The position numbers were made by a program, and so were the translations under genes. Positions 1-8,973 of a stretch of 64,000 bases of DNA are shown here, piece by piece. Source of the stretch: an uncultured virus (IMG/VR IMGVR_UViG_3300038423_000674) (Duplodnaviria; Heunggongvirae; Uroviricota; Caudoviricetes). The notes beneath the pieces are model-generated. The model searched no databases. It saw only the letters and a program-made list of their open reading frames with translations, and had not been told where the DNA came from. Every line of letters begins with the position of its first letter. The stretch's first letter is position 1. Where the stretch lies: IMG/VR virus record IMGVR_UViG_3300038423_000674; one strand, written 5' to 3'.

Positions 1-1
1 T

Positions 2-604
2 CCCCTTCCTGGCATACTGCTGCCAGACCTCGGTGTCGAGCTGGCGCACGGTCTTTTCCCGCCGCCTGGCCTCGTCGACGAACGCCTTCTCCAGTTCGAG
101 GTACCGCCGTCCCGTGGGCGTGGCCTTGGGGGCGTCGTACCCCTGGGACCGCAGCCACTTCAGGACATGGGTGTCCAGCGGCACCACGGAGGCGTCGGGC
201 CTGGAGTAGAGCAGGATCATCCTGGCGGTCTTGGGGCCGATGCCCGGCACTTGCTCCAGCGACTCGACCCACAGGGCGTCCAGGTCCAGCCCCACGGCGG
301 CGGGGAACGCCCTGCGCAGCAGGGAGTACTTGCCGAGCCGGTGCTTCCTGAGCCTCTGGAGCAGCTTGCCCTCGGACATCAGGTACCTGACCCGAGCGAA
401 CGGGGTGGAAAACGGGGGCACGGGCCGGTTCCCGCTTGCCCTCGGCACCGGCATGTCGGCCAGGAACGCGTCCAGCTTCGCCTCCGTCTGGTCGGCCCGC
501 TTCCCCGCCACGCATATGCCGAACAATATCCACCATTCGAGCTGCTGGCGGGTCATCCGCCCGGAGATGTCGAACGGGTCCACCGACGCGGGTGCCCGGC
601 TCAT
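2..604 (-). CDS. HhH-GPD DNA glycosylase, Ogg (8-oxoguanine glycosylase/AP lyase)-like; runs off the window edge
   Basis: Not in the ORF track; translated by hand from ATG 604, which overlaps the MTase stop (ATGA). Shows HhH motif LEQVPGIGPKTARMIL, PLDTHVLKWL, YLELEK and LDTEVW. Confidence 0.75.
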   Translation of the reverse strand, partial: MSRAPASVDPFDISGRMTRQQLEWWILFGICVAGKRADQTEAKLDAFLADMPVPRASGNRPVPPFSTPFARVRYLMSEGKLLQRLRKHRLGKYSLLRRAFPAAVGLDLDALWVESLEQVPGIGPKTARMILLYSRPDASVVPLDTHVLKWLRSQGYDAPKATPTGRRYLELEKAFVDEARRREKTVRQLDTEVWQQYARKG

Positions 605-3426
605 CCTTCGTCCTCCTTCGCGATGGCGTCGTACTCGCCCCTGAGCGCCGCCTCGCACCGCCGCCTGGCGATCTCCGAATACCGCGGGTCCATCTCCACC
701 CCCACCACCTCGTCCCATCCCGCCAGGAGCGCCCCCACGACCTCGCTCCCCGAGCCGCTGAAGGGGATCAGGAGCCTCCTCGGCGAGGCGCTCGCCGGAG
801 GCAGGAGGAGCGTGGCCAGCCACCTGCACAGGGCGACCGGCTTGACCGTGGGGTGGTCGTTGCGGACGCACTTCTCCTCCTTGCCGGTCTTGGGGTTGGC
901 GTGCTTCCGGCTGCCGAGCTCCCCGCACTTGTGGCAGGGGACGAGGCCGAGCAGCCCGACCTCCCTCTCCCTGCGGGTCGCCTTGGCCTGGTAGAAGAAC
1001 CTGGAGGCCCCCCCGGCGTCCCCGTAGCCCGGCAGGAGGCCGCCGTAGTGCTCCTCCTCCCCGTACCCGCCGCAGTACGCCTCCTCGTGCCCGCTGTGCC
1101 CCCCGGCGCTCCTGCCGAGGTCCCCCGTCTGGGCGTCGAGCATGCGGCACGGGCATCCCGGGTCGGTATGGACGACGGCCTTGCCCCTGTAGGCCTCGAA
1201 GGGCGGGCGTTCGTCCGACCTCCCGTAGATTCCCTTCCCCCCCATCCTCTGGCTCGGCTCCTCCCCGCTCACGTCGCCGCAGACGGGCGCGTCCACGAGC
1301 CCCGTCTCCCTGCAGATGCACCCCAGGACGAGATTGGCGGGGTACCTCCCCCTGGCGTCGCCGCCCCTGGGGCCCGGCCTGACGGAAAAGTCCGTCGATC
1401 CCTCCTCCGCGTAGCTCCTGTCCGCCGACGCCTCGCCCTCCCTGCCGCCTCCCCCCTGCGCCTCGCCGTCCGCGGCGACCCTCGCCCCGTCCACGTTCAG
1501 CGCCCCGCTGCCGAGCTCGGTCGCCAGCTCGGCGTAGTTCCTGTTCCCCATCGGGGCCTTGAAGCACAGGACGGGCTCCCATGCGGGCTTGAGGCTGCAC
1601 GTCTTGTGCCCGGACCACGGGGCGGACTCGGCGGAGGCCGGGGCGGTGATGGTGGCCCCGTTGTCGGACCGGTCGCTGGGCACCTTGCCCGCGTCGTCGT
1701 ACCCGGTGTTGTCGACCCTGTTGGGGCGTGCCCGGGACGCGTCGTACCCGACGACCCTGCGCTCGTCCTTGTTCCTCTTGTCGATGAGCTTGGAGACGTC
1801 CAGCGCCTTGGGCATCCCAGAATTGCCGGTTATAAAGACTTTCCCATTGCGCCTCACTACGAAAGCCCCAGTAGGAACGCTGACGCACCACATTTTCCCT
1901 ACATATTGAATGGAAGTGATCCTCGCCAAATCGGTTCTGGTTTTCCATACCTTTCGTACAACTTGTGGTCCCGGTTGCACGCAAACAGGCTGAAGTTCTT
2001 CATCCGGTTGTCCTGAGAATCGTGGCTCTCGTGATGGACGACTTCCTTCCTCGTCAAACACCTGCCGATTGCCTGAGCGACCATCAGGCGATGTTCCATA
2101 ACGTATCCGTCCTTCCCGGCCATCGCCACAAACCCCTTTGGGCAACGCACGTACTTTACCGGCTTGTAGTTCCCGTGGCTGTGGCGGTACGTGACCCCGC
2201 CCGTCCAAGCCGGGTTGCTTGGGCCCGTCATCTTGATGCGATAAGACTCCAGACTCTTTTCCGTCCACGCGGCCCTGCCCTTGTTGGCGTGCAATTTCCA
2301 CTCTTGACCGCGAAGCTTTCCATTGCATTTCCGCGAGCATGTCGGAATCCGAACTCGCTTCATCCAACAACGTGGTCTCCACTTCTCTCTCCCGCACACT
2401 TGGCAAGTTATCTTGATCATCCCCTGGCGGTCTTCGAGACGTTTTCGAGGTTTGGGAGCTTTGACGACGCATTTCGTCGAGCAAAAGACATTCCTTAGTG
2501 CTTGGTGGCGGTTGACCGTAGGAAAGGGAGTCGAGCAGCCCTTGCACATCTTCCAATACGGGAACACATACCTCCTTTTCCTCTGCGGCGCACTCTGCGA
2601 CTTGAAATAGCCTTCTTCCGCCTCGTTCAACAACGCAACGATGATTTCTGGAGACGATCTGGTCTGTATAATCTGATTGAATTCTGTAGGCGGTATCCGA
2701 GTAGTCATAAATATGCACGTTTTCTATTGGTTGCCACGAGAATTTCCCGGAATCAACCTCATAGCAAAGTGCGTGAGAACCTTTTATGGCTCTATGGTAA
2801 GGCTCCCATAGCCCGTTTACGAGAATCTCCGTATCCTCGCTTAAACAGCCATAGAGCCACATAATAGTGTCCCACATCTCGAACCCGGCATCCTCGATGC
2901 CGCACGCCAGCCGGTGCCACATGCGGGTGCCGCCGAAGAACAGCGATACCGCTCCCGGATGGAGCTCGGGCAGGAGGACCGCCGCCCACTGCTCGCACCA
3001 TTCCTGGTACTTCCTCCCGATGTCGCCCTGCCTGGCGAAGCTGGGCTTGTTGCCGTCCGCGAACCCCCCGAGGTTGCCGGGCGGCGGCCAGGGGGCGACC
3101 GTCCCGCCCTTGCGCGTGCCTATGGGCTTCCAGTCCGGCTGCTCGCAGCGGCACCTCTTCTTCCCGCGAAGTCTCCCGCCGCACGTCGCACACGTGCGGT
3201 TGGGAGCGTTGGCATTGGAGAAGGAGGGCCAGGGGATGTCGCGCTCGCCAATGCCCGGGGGGGTGAAGTTCGCCCCCTGCTCCCAGAATTTCTGCGGGGA
3301 ATCCCATTCCTTCCCCATGAACTCAAGGCCGTAGGGCGGGTCCGAGAGCACGGCGTGGAACTTTGGGCCATCATACGAGGCGGCCCAGTCGATGATGTCG
3401 GCGGTGACGATCTCGAACTTCGGCAT
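601..3426 (-). CDS. DNA N6-adenine/N4-cytosine methyltransferase (beta-class order) containing an intein
   Basis: Start MPKFEIVTAD. Motifs SDPPYGL, HRLACGIEDAGFE-WDTIMWLYG, LKPAWEP, RYPANL, HPTVKP, IPFSGSGS and GVEMDPRY. Confidence 0.9.
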   Translation of the reverse strand: MPKFEIVTADIIDWAASYDGPKFHAVLSDPPYGLEFMGKEWDSPQKFWEQGANFTPPGIGERDIPWPSFSNANAPNRTCATCGGRLRGKKRCRCEQPDWKPIGTRKGGTVAPWPPPGNLGGFADGNKPSFARQGDIGRKYQEWCEQWAAVLLPELHPGAVSLFFGGTRMWHRLACGIEDAGFEMWDTIMWLYGCLSEDTEILVNGLWEPYHRAIKGSHALCYEVDSGKFSWQPIENVHIYDYSDTAYRIQSDYTDQIVSRNHRCVVERGGRRLFQVAECAAEEKEVCVPVLEDVQGLLDSLSYGQPPPSTKECLLLDEMRRQSSQTSKTSRRPPGDDQDNLPSVREREVETTLLDEASSDSDMLAEMQWKASRSRVEIARQQGQGRVDGKESGVLSHQDDGPKQPGLDGRGHVPPQPRELQAGKVRALPKGVCGDGREGRIRYGTSPDGRSGNRQVFDEEGSRPSREPRFSGQPDEELQPVCVQPGPQVVRKVWKTRTDLARITSIQYVGKMWCVSVPTGAFVVRRNGKVFITGNSGMPKALDVSKLIDKRNKDERRVVGYDASRARPNRVDNTGYDDAGKVPSDRSDNGATITAPASAESAPWSGHKTCSLKPAWEPVLCFKAPMGNRNYAELATELGSGALNVDGARVAADGEAQGGGGREGEASADRSYAEEGSTDFSVRPGPRGGDARGRYPANLVLGCICRETGLVDAPVCGDVSGEEPSQRMGGKGIYGRSDERPPFEAYRGKAVVHTDPGCPCRMLDAQTGDLGRSAGGHSGHEEAYCGGYGEEEHYGGLLPGYGDAGGASRFFYQAKATRREREVGLLGLVPCHKCGELGSRKHANPKTGKEEKCVRNDHPTVKPVALCRWLATLLLPPASASPRRLLIPFSGSGSEVVGALLAGWDEVVGVEMDPRYSEIARRRCEAALRGEYDAIAKEDEG
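1822..2847 (-). mobile_element. Intein (342 aa) in the methyltransferase
   Basis: N-junction WLYG|CLSEDTEIL, block B VSRNHR, block F/G MWCVSVPTGAFVVRRNGKVFITGN|S. Excision restores WLYG-SGMPK. Visibly lower GC than the flanks. Confidence 0.9.
1899..2708 (-). CDS. HNH homing endonuclease encoded in the +1 frame inside the intein
   Basis: CxxC/CSxKC zinc motifs, GPSNPAWTGG, and HNH motif YVMEHRL...EVVHHESHDSQDNRMKN. Confidence 0.8.
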   Translation of the reverse strand: MTTRIPPTEFNQIIQTRSSPEIIVALLNEAEEGYFKSQSAPQRKRRYVFPYWKMCKGCSTPFPTVNRHQALRNVFCSTKCVVKAPKPRKRLEDRQGMIKITCQVCGREKWRPRCWMKRVRIPTCSRKCNGKLRGQEWKLHANKGRAAWTEKSLESYRIKMTGPSNPAWTGGVTYRHSHGNYKPVKYVRCPKGFVAMAGKDGYVMEHRLMVAQAIGRCLTRKEVVHHESHDSQDNRMKNFSLFACNRDHKLYERYGKPEPIWRGSLPFNM

Positions 3427-3603
3427 GTGAAAGGGCGGGCGTGGCCGGAATCCCGGTGGCGTGGCTTCGCTCTCTACGCGGTTGCTGGCATGCCCCGCTC
3501 GTCGCCCGGAAGCCGCTAGGACAGGCACGGTGCCCCGTTTTCTGTCTCGACGGCCATCGCGTTCTTCGTGCTCGCCGCATCGCGCCGCACGCCCGCCAGT
3601 CCT

Positions 3604-3876
3604 TCAATACTTACTTGCCGACCGTTTTTCCTCGGGGGCCGGTCGCTTTGTCTGGAAACCAAGCCGGGCCGTTATTGGCCTGACCTCGCTCCTCGCCCTG
3701 CGCCGGAGCAGGAGGTCCGCCCCCTCCCGGATCAGCGCGTACGGCTTCTTCCAGTCGTGGTTGTCCACGCCGTTCTTCTTCTCGTTGGCCCAGTCGGCCA
3801 GGACGGCGAGGTCGTGGTCGCTGAGGTCGTTCCCGTGCTCTTGCAGGTAGTCGAACAGGCTTCCGCTCATTTTCAT
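3604..3876 (-). CDS. hypothetical protein
   Basis: 90 aa ORF with GGAGG RBS, co-oriented with its neighbours. Confidence 0.6.
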   Translation of the reverse strand: MKMSGSLFDYLQEHGNDLSDHDLAVLADWANEKKNGVDNHDWKKPYALIREGADLLLRRRARSEVRPITARLGFQTKRPAPEEKRSASKY

Positions 3877-3915
3877 CCTCCGTTCATCCGGACTCTCCCG
3901 GTGGTCTGCGTGCTG

Positions 3916-4218
3916 CTACGCCCGGTCGGCGGCCCTCGCCTCCGGGAACTCCCTGTACGTCTCCTCCCGGCAAATCTGCTCCGCCTTGGCCCAGTACTCC
4001 CGCCTGGCCTCGTCGGCATCGGGGCCGTCCATCGGCCAGGAGCCCAGGCATCCGAGGACGAGCTTCCTCAGGAGGGGCAGGCCCTCCTTCGCCCAGCGCC
4101 TTTTCATGGCCTTTTCGCAGCGGAGGATTCGCGCCCGCCTTCCGGGGGACAGCCTCCTCCACCGTCCGGTTCCGGGTACGGCGTCCCACCACTTGCGGCT
4201 TTTCGCCTTCGCGACCAT
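3916..4218 (-). CDS. hypothetical protein
   Basis: Start MVAKAKSRKWW; tightly packed in the operon. Confidence 0.5.
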   Translation of the reverse strand: MVAKAKSRKWWDAVPGTGRWRRLSPGRRARILRCEKAMKRRWAKEGLPLLRKLVLGCLGSWPMDGPDADEARREYWAKAEQICREETYREFPEARAADRA

Positions 4219-4223
4219 AATGG

Positions 4224-4685
4224 CTAATACCCTTGCTGGTGCATGAGCTCCATGATCAGGTCGAGGGTGCGATGCCTGAGCCACCCGTACCACCATACGA
4301 TGAAGGCCGCGTTCTCCAGGGCGGCGGCGAGGATTCGCCAGGCGTCGAACCACAGTGGCAGGGAGGCGAGCAGGGCGGCGAGGGGCCGGTCCGCCCGGGC
4401 CCTCAGCGCCTCGTACAGGAGCCAGATGAACGGGGCGTAGAACAGGTACCCCTCCAGCTTCATGGCCACCCCCGCCCCCAGGACGAACTTGTGGGTCAGG
4501 GGGAGGCTCGCGAGCGGGTTGCCCTCCCGCCAGACGGGGACCAGGGCGCTGGCGGCATAGGACGACGCCAGGTCCAGGAAGTCGGCCGCCACGACGGCGA
4601 TGCACGCCAGCCACAGCGCCCGGAAGGGCCCGCCGATGCCGTCCCTGACGGCCCTCCATAGGAAGTCGAGCCTTCGAGTCGTCAT
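4224..4685 (-). CDS. multi-pass membrane protein (DUF5658-like D..S...EGNP motif)
   Basis: Start MTTRRLDF with ATGA overlap; several hydrophobic helices; LDLASS...REGNP. Confidence 0.6.
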   Translation of the reverse strand: MTTRRLDFLWRAVRDGIGGPFRALWLACIAVVAADFLDLASSYAASALVPVWREGNPLASLPLTHKFVLGAGVAMKLEGYLFYAPFIWLLYEALRARADRPLAALLASLPLWFDAWRILAAALENAAFIVWWYGWLRHRTLDLIMELMHQQGY

Positions 4686-5434
4686 CTGTTGGCCCTGCTC
4701 ACGAACACCTGGTCGAAGTCCGGGTTCTCTATCGGGACGACGAACTGCCCCAGGATGTCGGAATCCTGCCTGAATATGTGGCCTTCCTTCATCAGCTTGC
4801 GCTTGCTGTACCCGGACCCCACGGGATTGCTCTTGTCGATCAGCGAATGGACCCACGCCCCTATCGCCGCCTTCTTGTTCTCCCTCGACTCCATGAGCGT
4901 CCGGGCCGCCCGGCTCATCGCCCGGCGCACGTCCGGCCTGTGGAGGCCCAGCGTCTCCGAGACCTGCTGGAACGACCGGCACCTGGCGTACTCGGCGACC
5001 GCCCTCGACAGCCCCCCCTTGAGCGAGCCCTCCAGGCTCGCCTTCGCCAGGACCTCGGCGAGCGCCGCCTCCGTGGGCTCCCCGAAGATCAGGAAGGCCC
5101 CGATGACCCTGACGGCCATGCGTATGCGGAAGCTGCACACCGTCTGCGTGGACTTGAATATGCTGGCGAGCGTGGTCTGGGTCTTCCCCAGGATGTAGTA
5201 GCTCAGGAGCATGTCCCCGTCCTCCCGGCTCAGGTAGCGGAGCATCCTCAGGAAGCTGGGGAAGTTCTCCTGGATGTAGGTGAATACGTCGTCCTCCTGG
5301 AGGTCCTGCTGCGTCTCCAGGCTGATGGTCGTGGCCCCCTCCAGGGCGTCCTCCTCGTTGAGGAGCATGGCTCTGGCCGAGGTGACCGAATCCATATAAG
5401 GTGTTGATTCCAAAGCATTTACCCCCAATCCCAA
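4682..5434 (-). CDS. protein with two sigma70 region-4-like HTH repeats (start uncertain)
   Basis: LSREDGDMLLSYYILGKTQTTLASIFKSTQTVCSFRIRMA and RSFQQVSETLGLHRPDVRRAMSRA. Confidence 0.55.
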   Translation of the reverse strand: MGLGVNALESTPYMDSVTSARAMLLNEEDALEGATTISLETQQDLQEDDVFTYIQENFPSFLRMLRYLSREDGDMLLSYYILGKTQTTLASIFKSTQTVCSFRIRMAVRVIGAFLIFGEPTEAALAEVLAKASLEGSLKGGLSRAVAEYARCRSFQQVSETLGLHRPDVRRAMSRAARTLMESRENKKAAIGAWVHSLIDKSNPVGSGYSKRKLMKEGHIFRQDSDILGQFVVPIENPDFDQVFVSRANR

Positions 5435-5645
5435 GGAAATTACCCGACTTGACGACCTATCTGGTCGCCCAATTTATGAATCTCTGGCCATAAAAATCCT
5501 GGCCATAATGCCTGCCGCAGTGCCGGAACCTAAGGATTCAAGAGGGAATTTTCCATGTTTATCGAGAAATTTCGATGCCTTGGTATTGAGGTATTAAGGG
5601 GGAGTGTGTCCAAAAATCTCATGGTGTCCAATACTGCGGCCACGG

Positions 5646-5678
5646 AAAAACGAAAGGGCGGGGCATGTGCCCCGCCCT
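5646..5678 (-). terminator. rho-independent terminator
   Basis: GGGCGGGGC/GCCCCGCCC stem followed on the - strand by TTTCGTTTTT; lies just after the 5703 gene. Confidence 0.75.
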
Positions 5679-5702
5679 CCCACGTTCGCGCAATGCTTGG
5701 CC

Positions 5703-6470
5703 CTACGCCAAAGCCACCGCCACGATGCCCCCGACGTACTTGACGGGGTTCCCGAATCCCGAGGCCGCCACGGCGGCGGTCTGTACGGTCCCCTGCACGA
5801 CCCAGGACGAGCTTCCGGCGGGGAAGGACCCGGAGTCGAGCAGGGTCGCCGTGGAGGCCGGGACCAGGGCCGTGCTGTCCATTAGGATCGCCGCCTCCAG
5901 CAGGAACTCGTTGATCCCGGTCGGGGTGAGGGCCGCCACCAGGGGGGTCTCGTTGGAGGTGCCATGGGCATGCTTGTCCACGGATATCGAGGTCGGCTTG
6001 GCGATCTCGTACACCACCGCCTCGATTCCGCCATCGAACACCGGCCTCCCGTACTCTATCGGGGGCGCGAAGGGCGGGGACCCGGCGTTGCTGTTTCCGG
6101 GGTCCACGATGGTGACCTTCTGCGCTCCCACGGTGGCGGGGGCGGTGAAGACGTAGACGCTGGGAAAGTATCCCGAGACGTCAGGAGAGACGATAGGCGG
6201 GCTAAGTGGGGGACTGAAGGTGCCCGATTCCTGGGAAAGGTTGACGACCTTGTCCTGGAGGGTGAACGTATCGGTCTTGTCGTCGAAAACGTTCGGGGCT
6301 ATGGTTTCTGCGTCGAGGTAGAGCACGTTGAACGAATCCGGGGTCCTGTGGGCGAACACCAGGACGGCGAGAAAGCTGTTCGCCGCCACCGCGTTCGGCA
6401 GGATCACGTTCAGCGGGATTTCCGGGTAGATCGTGTAGTTCTTGGCTTTTTGCCTGATCGATAGTGCCAT
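5703..6470 (-). CDS. putative virion structural protein
   Basis: Beta-rich, T/S/V-rich composition; late-type motif and RBS upstream. Confidence 0.6.
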   Translation of the reverse strand: MALSIRQKAKNYTIYPEIPLNVILPNAVAANSFLAVLVFAHRTPDSFNVLYLDAETIAPNVFDDKTDTFTLQDKVVNLSQESGTFSPPLSPPIVSPDVSGYFPSVYVFTAPATVGAQKVTIVDPGNSNAGSPPFAPPIEYGRPVFDGGIEAVVYEIAKPTSISVDKHAHGTSNETPLVAALTPTGINEFLLEAAILMDSTALVPASTATLLDSGSFPAGSSSWVVQGTVQTAAVAASGFGNPVKYVGGIVAVALA

Positions 6471-6580
6471 GTCGTCCTCTCCTGTACCCCTGTTGGGCGG
6501 TCTCTGTAATAAGGACTAGGAAGTCAAGAAATCCTGTCTTTTGCTTCTTTAGTATAGGCAGCAGTTTTTGGAAACCCATC

Positions 6581-7354
6581 ATGACCTTCACGGTCTACAG
6601 AACGACCAACCTCGTCAACTCCCATTATTACATAGGGGTACATAAAACAAGCGACCCCGAAGACAGCTATCTAGGCTCCGGAAAGATTATAAACGCTGCC
6701 ATCAAAAAGTACGGAAAGGCAGCGTTTGTTAAGAGGGTCCTCTTTCAGTTTTCAGCCTCGACAGATGCCTACGCAAAGGAGATAGACCTCCTCAAAGAAG
6801 CACGTCAGGACCCACATTGCTACAACATCCACGAAGGTGGAAAGGGCGGGTTTGAATATATAAATGCAAGCGGAATGAACGGGACAGGGCGACAGCTCAT
6901 TAAAGACGGTCAAAAATATTGCCCGGCATGCGAAAAGTGGCTTCCCCTTGATGATTTTGGAAAATGCAAGTACACCCTAAGCGGCAAAAGAGGCAGATGC
7001 CATAAGTGTCTAAAAGAGCAAAACGCCCCACATATGCGTCGGTACATGCGTCGGTACCAAAGGGGAATCGACGATGCGGGACTCCTGGCCCTTGAGCAAA
7101 AGCAAGGAGGTTGCTGTGCCATCTGTCGCGATACCCTCTCATCCGAGAGTGACCAAGGTCGTCATATTGACCGTGATCGGGTGACGAGGGGAATTAGGGG
7201 CTTGCTTTGTCCAAAGTGCAAATGGGGGCTCATAAACTTCCGGGACAACCAGGTGCTCATACTTCAGGCCATCAACTATCTAAGGAACTTTGAGATAGAA
7301 CGTCGCGAGCGACGACAAAAAGAAGGAGGTCTTGCATGCTTGTCTCCTGCCTGA
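6581..7354 (+). CDS. homing endonuclease: Seg-like GIY-YIG fused to an endonuclease VII-like domain
   Basis: VYRTTNLVNSHYYIGVH...YLGSG at the N-terminus; QGGCCAIC...RGLLCPKC...FRDN...AINYL at the C-terminus; lower GC. Confidence 0.8.
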   Translation: MTFTVYRTTNLVNSHYYIGVHKTSDPEDSYLGSGKIINAAIKKYGKAAFVKRVLFQFSASTDAYAKEIDLLKEARQDPHCYNIHEGGKGGFEYINASGMNGTGRQLIKDGQKYCPACEKWLPLDDFGKCKYTLSGKRGRCHKCLKEQNAPHMRRYMRRYQRGIDDAGLLALEQKQGGCCAICRDTLSSESDQGRHIDRDRVTRGIRGLLCPKCKWGLINFRDNQVLILQAINYLRNFEIERRERRQKEGGLACLSPA

Positions 7355-7986
7355 CGCCGACCGCCGACCGGAGGGAGTTCTGGCCCCGGTGCATCCGGTG
7401 CTTCCAGTCCCAGGGCTGGCCCCGCATGGAATGGATAGTGGTGGACAACGGGGCCGACCCCATAAAGGACATGCTCCCCGAGGACCCGAGGATAAAGTAC
7501 GTGAGGGTGCCGGGCCCCCGGCTGCTCCACGGAAGGCTGATGAACCTGGCCATGGGGCACGCCGCGGGGGACGCGGCCATAGTATGGGACGACGACGACT
7601 GGTACGCCCCCGACAGGGTGGGGAAGCAGGCCTCCGTCCTTGAGAATCCAGCCCTGGACCTGGCGGGCACGGGGAGCCTGTACTACTACCTCCACGGGAC
7701 GCGGAGGGCGTTCCTCTACAGGAACCTGACCCCGAGGAGGTGGGTGGCGGCCCCCGCCTTCCGGCGCTCCCTATGGGAGGCCAACAAGTTCGAGGAGATG
7801 CGGCAGGGGGCCGATGCGGTATTCCTATCCAAGGTGCCGGAGCACCGGTGCCTGGACATGCACGACCTCGGGCTGCTCGTCTCGGCCATCCATCCCGGGA
7901 ACGCCGCCCCGAAGAGGGTGCCCAACGCATCGTTCGCCGAGGTGCCGTGGGAGACGATAGAGGGGATCACGAAGGGGACGCTATGA
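7336..7986 (+). CDS. glycosyltransferase family 2
   Basis: VSCLTPTADR, EWIVVDNG, WDDDDWY. Confidence 0.85.
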   Translation: MLVSCLTPTADRREFWPRCIRCFQSQGWPRMEWIVVDNGADPIKDMLPEDPRIKYVRVPGPRLLHGRLMNLAMGHAAGDAAIVWDDDDWYAPDRVGKQASVLENPALDLAGTGSLYYYLHGTRRAFLYRNLTPRRWVAAPAFRRSLWEANKFEEMRQGADAVFLSKVPEHRCLDMHDLGLLVSAIHPGNAAPKRVPNASFAEVPWETIEGITKGTL

Positions 7987-8005
7987 TTTGGCATGGAGGG
8001 ACGAC

Positions 8006-8971
8006 ATGAAGAAAGCGCTGGTATGCGGGGCAGGGGGCTTCATCGGGGGCCACCTGGTGAAGAGGCTCAAGCTGGAGGGGTACTGGGTCCGCGGGGTGGA
8101 CATCAAGGAGCACGAGTTTTGCCCGTCGGCGGCGGACGAGTTCCTGCTGCGGGACCTCAGGGACACGTCGTCCTGCTGGGCGGCGCTCAACGGCGGGTTC
8201 GACGAGGTTTACCAGCTTGCCGCCGACATGGGAGGGGCGCAGTACGTGTTCAGCGGGGACAACGACGCCGCCATCATGCACAACTCCGCGACCATCAACC
8301 TGAACATGCTGGAGGTCGGCCAGAAGCACTGCGTCGGGAGGTACTTCTACTCCAGCTCGGCCTGCATCTACCCGGCCCACAACCAGGTCGACCCGGACAA
8401 CCCCAACTGCGCCGAGGACTCCGCCTACCCGGCAGCGCCGGACAGCGAGTACGGGTGGGAGAAGCTGTTCAGCGAGAGGCTCTATGCGGCCTACCACAGG
8501 AACTACTACGTCCCCATCCACGTGGCCAGGTTCCACAACATCTTCGGCCCGGAGGGCACGTGGGAGGGGGGAAGGGAGAAAGCGCCGGCCGCCCTGTGCC
8601 GCAAGGTGGCGCAGGCCCCCGAGGGGGGCGAGATAGAAATCTTCGGCGACGGGAGGCAGACCCGGTCCTTCCTCTACATCGACGAGTGCGTGGAGGGCAT
8701 CAGGCGGCTGGTGCGGTCGGGCCTTCCGGGGCCCCTGAACATCGGCTCGGACGAGATGGTCACGATAGACGAGCTCGCCCGCATGGTCATGAAGGTCGCT
8801 GGCAAGGACCTGGGCATCCGCCACGTCCCCGGCCCGCTCGGGGTCAGGGGACGCAACTCCGACAACCGCCTGATCCACCAGAAGCTGGGGTGGGCCCCCT
8901 CGGCCCCCCTGATCGACGGCCTCGGGAAGACCTACGCATGGGTGACGGCGATGGCCAGGGCGAAAGGATAG
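8006..8971 (+). CDS. NAD-dependent epimerase, GDP-mannose 3,5-epimerase-like
   Basis: GAGGFIG, QLAADMGG, YSSSACIYP, YGWEK, GGREKAPAALCRK, GVRGRNSDN. Confidence 0.85.
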   Translation: MKKALVCGAGGFIGGHLVKRLKLEGYWVRGVDIKEHEFCPSAADEFLLRDLRDTSSCWAALNGGFDEVYQLAADMGGAQYVFSGDNDAAIMHNSATINLNMLEVGQKHCVGRYFYSSSACIYPAHNQVDPDNPNCAEDSAYPAAPDSEYGWEKLFSERLYAAYHRNYYVPIHVARFHNIFGPEGTWEGGREKAPAALCRKVAQAPEGGEIEIFGDGRQTRSFLYIDECVEGIRRLVRSGLPGPLNIGSDEMVTIDELARMVMKVAGKDLGIRHVPGPLGVRGRNSDNRLIHQKLGWAPSAPLIDGLGKTYAWVTAMARAKG

Positions 8972-8973
8972 GC

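Noticed and set aside
3371..3607. 78-aa Arg-rich ORF upstream of the methyltransferase
   Set aside because: Overlaps the MTase start, low complexity, no supporting motif.
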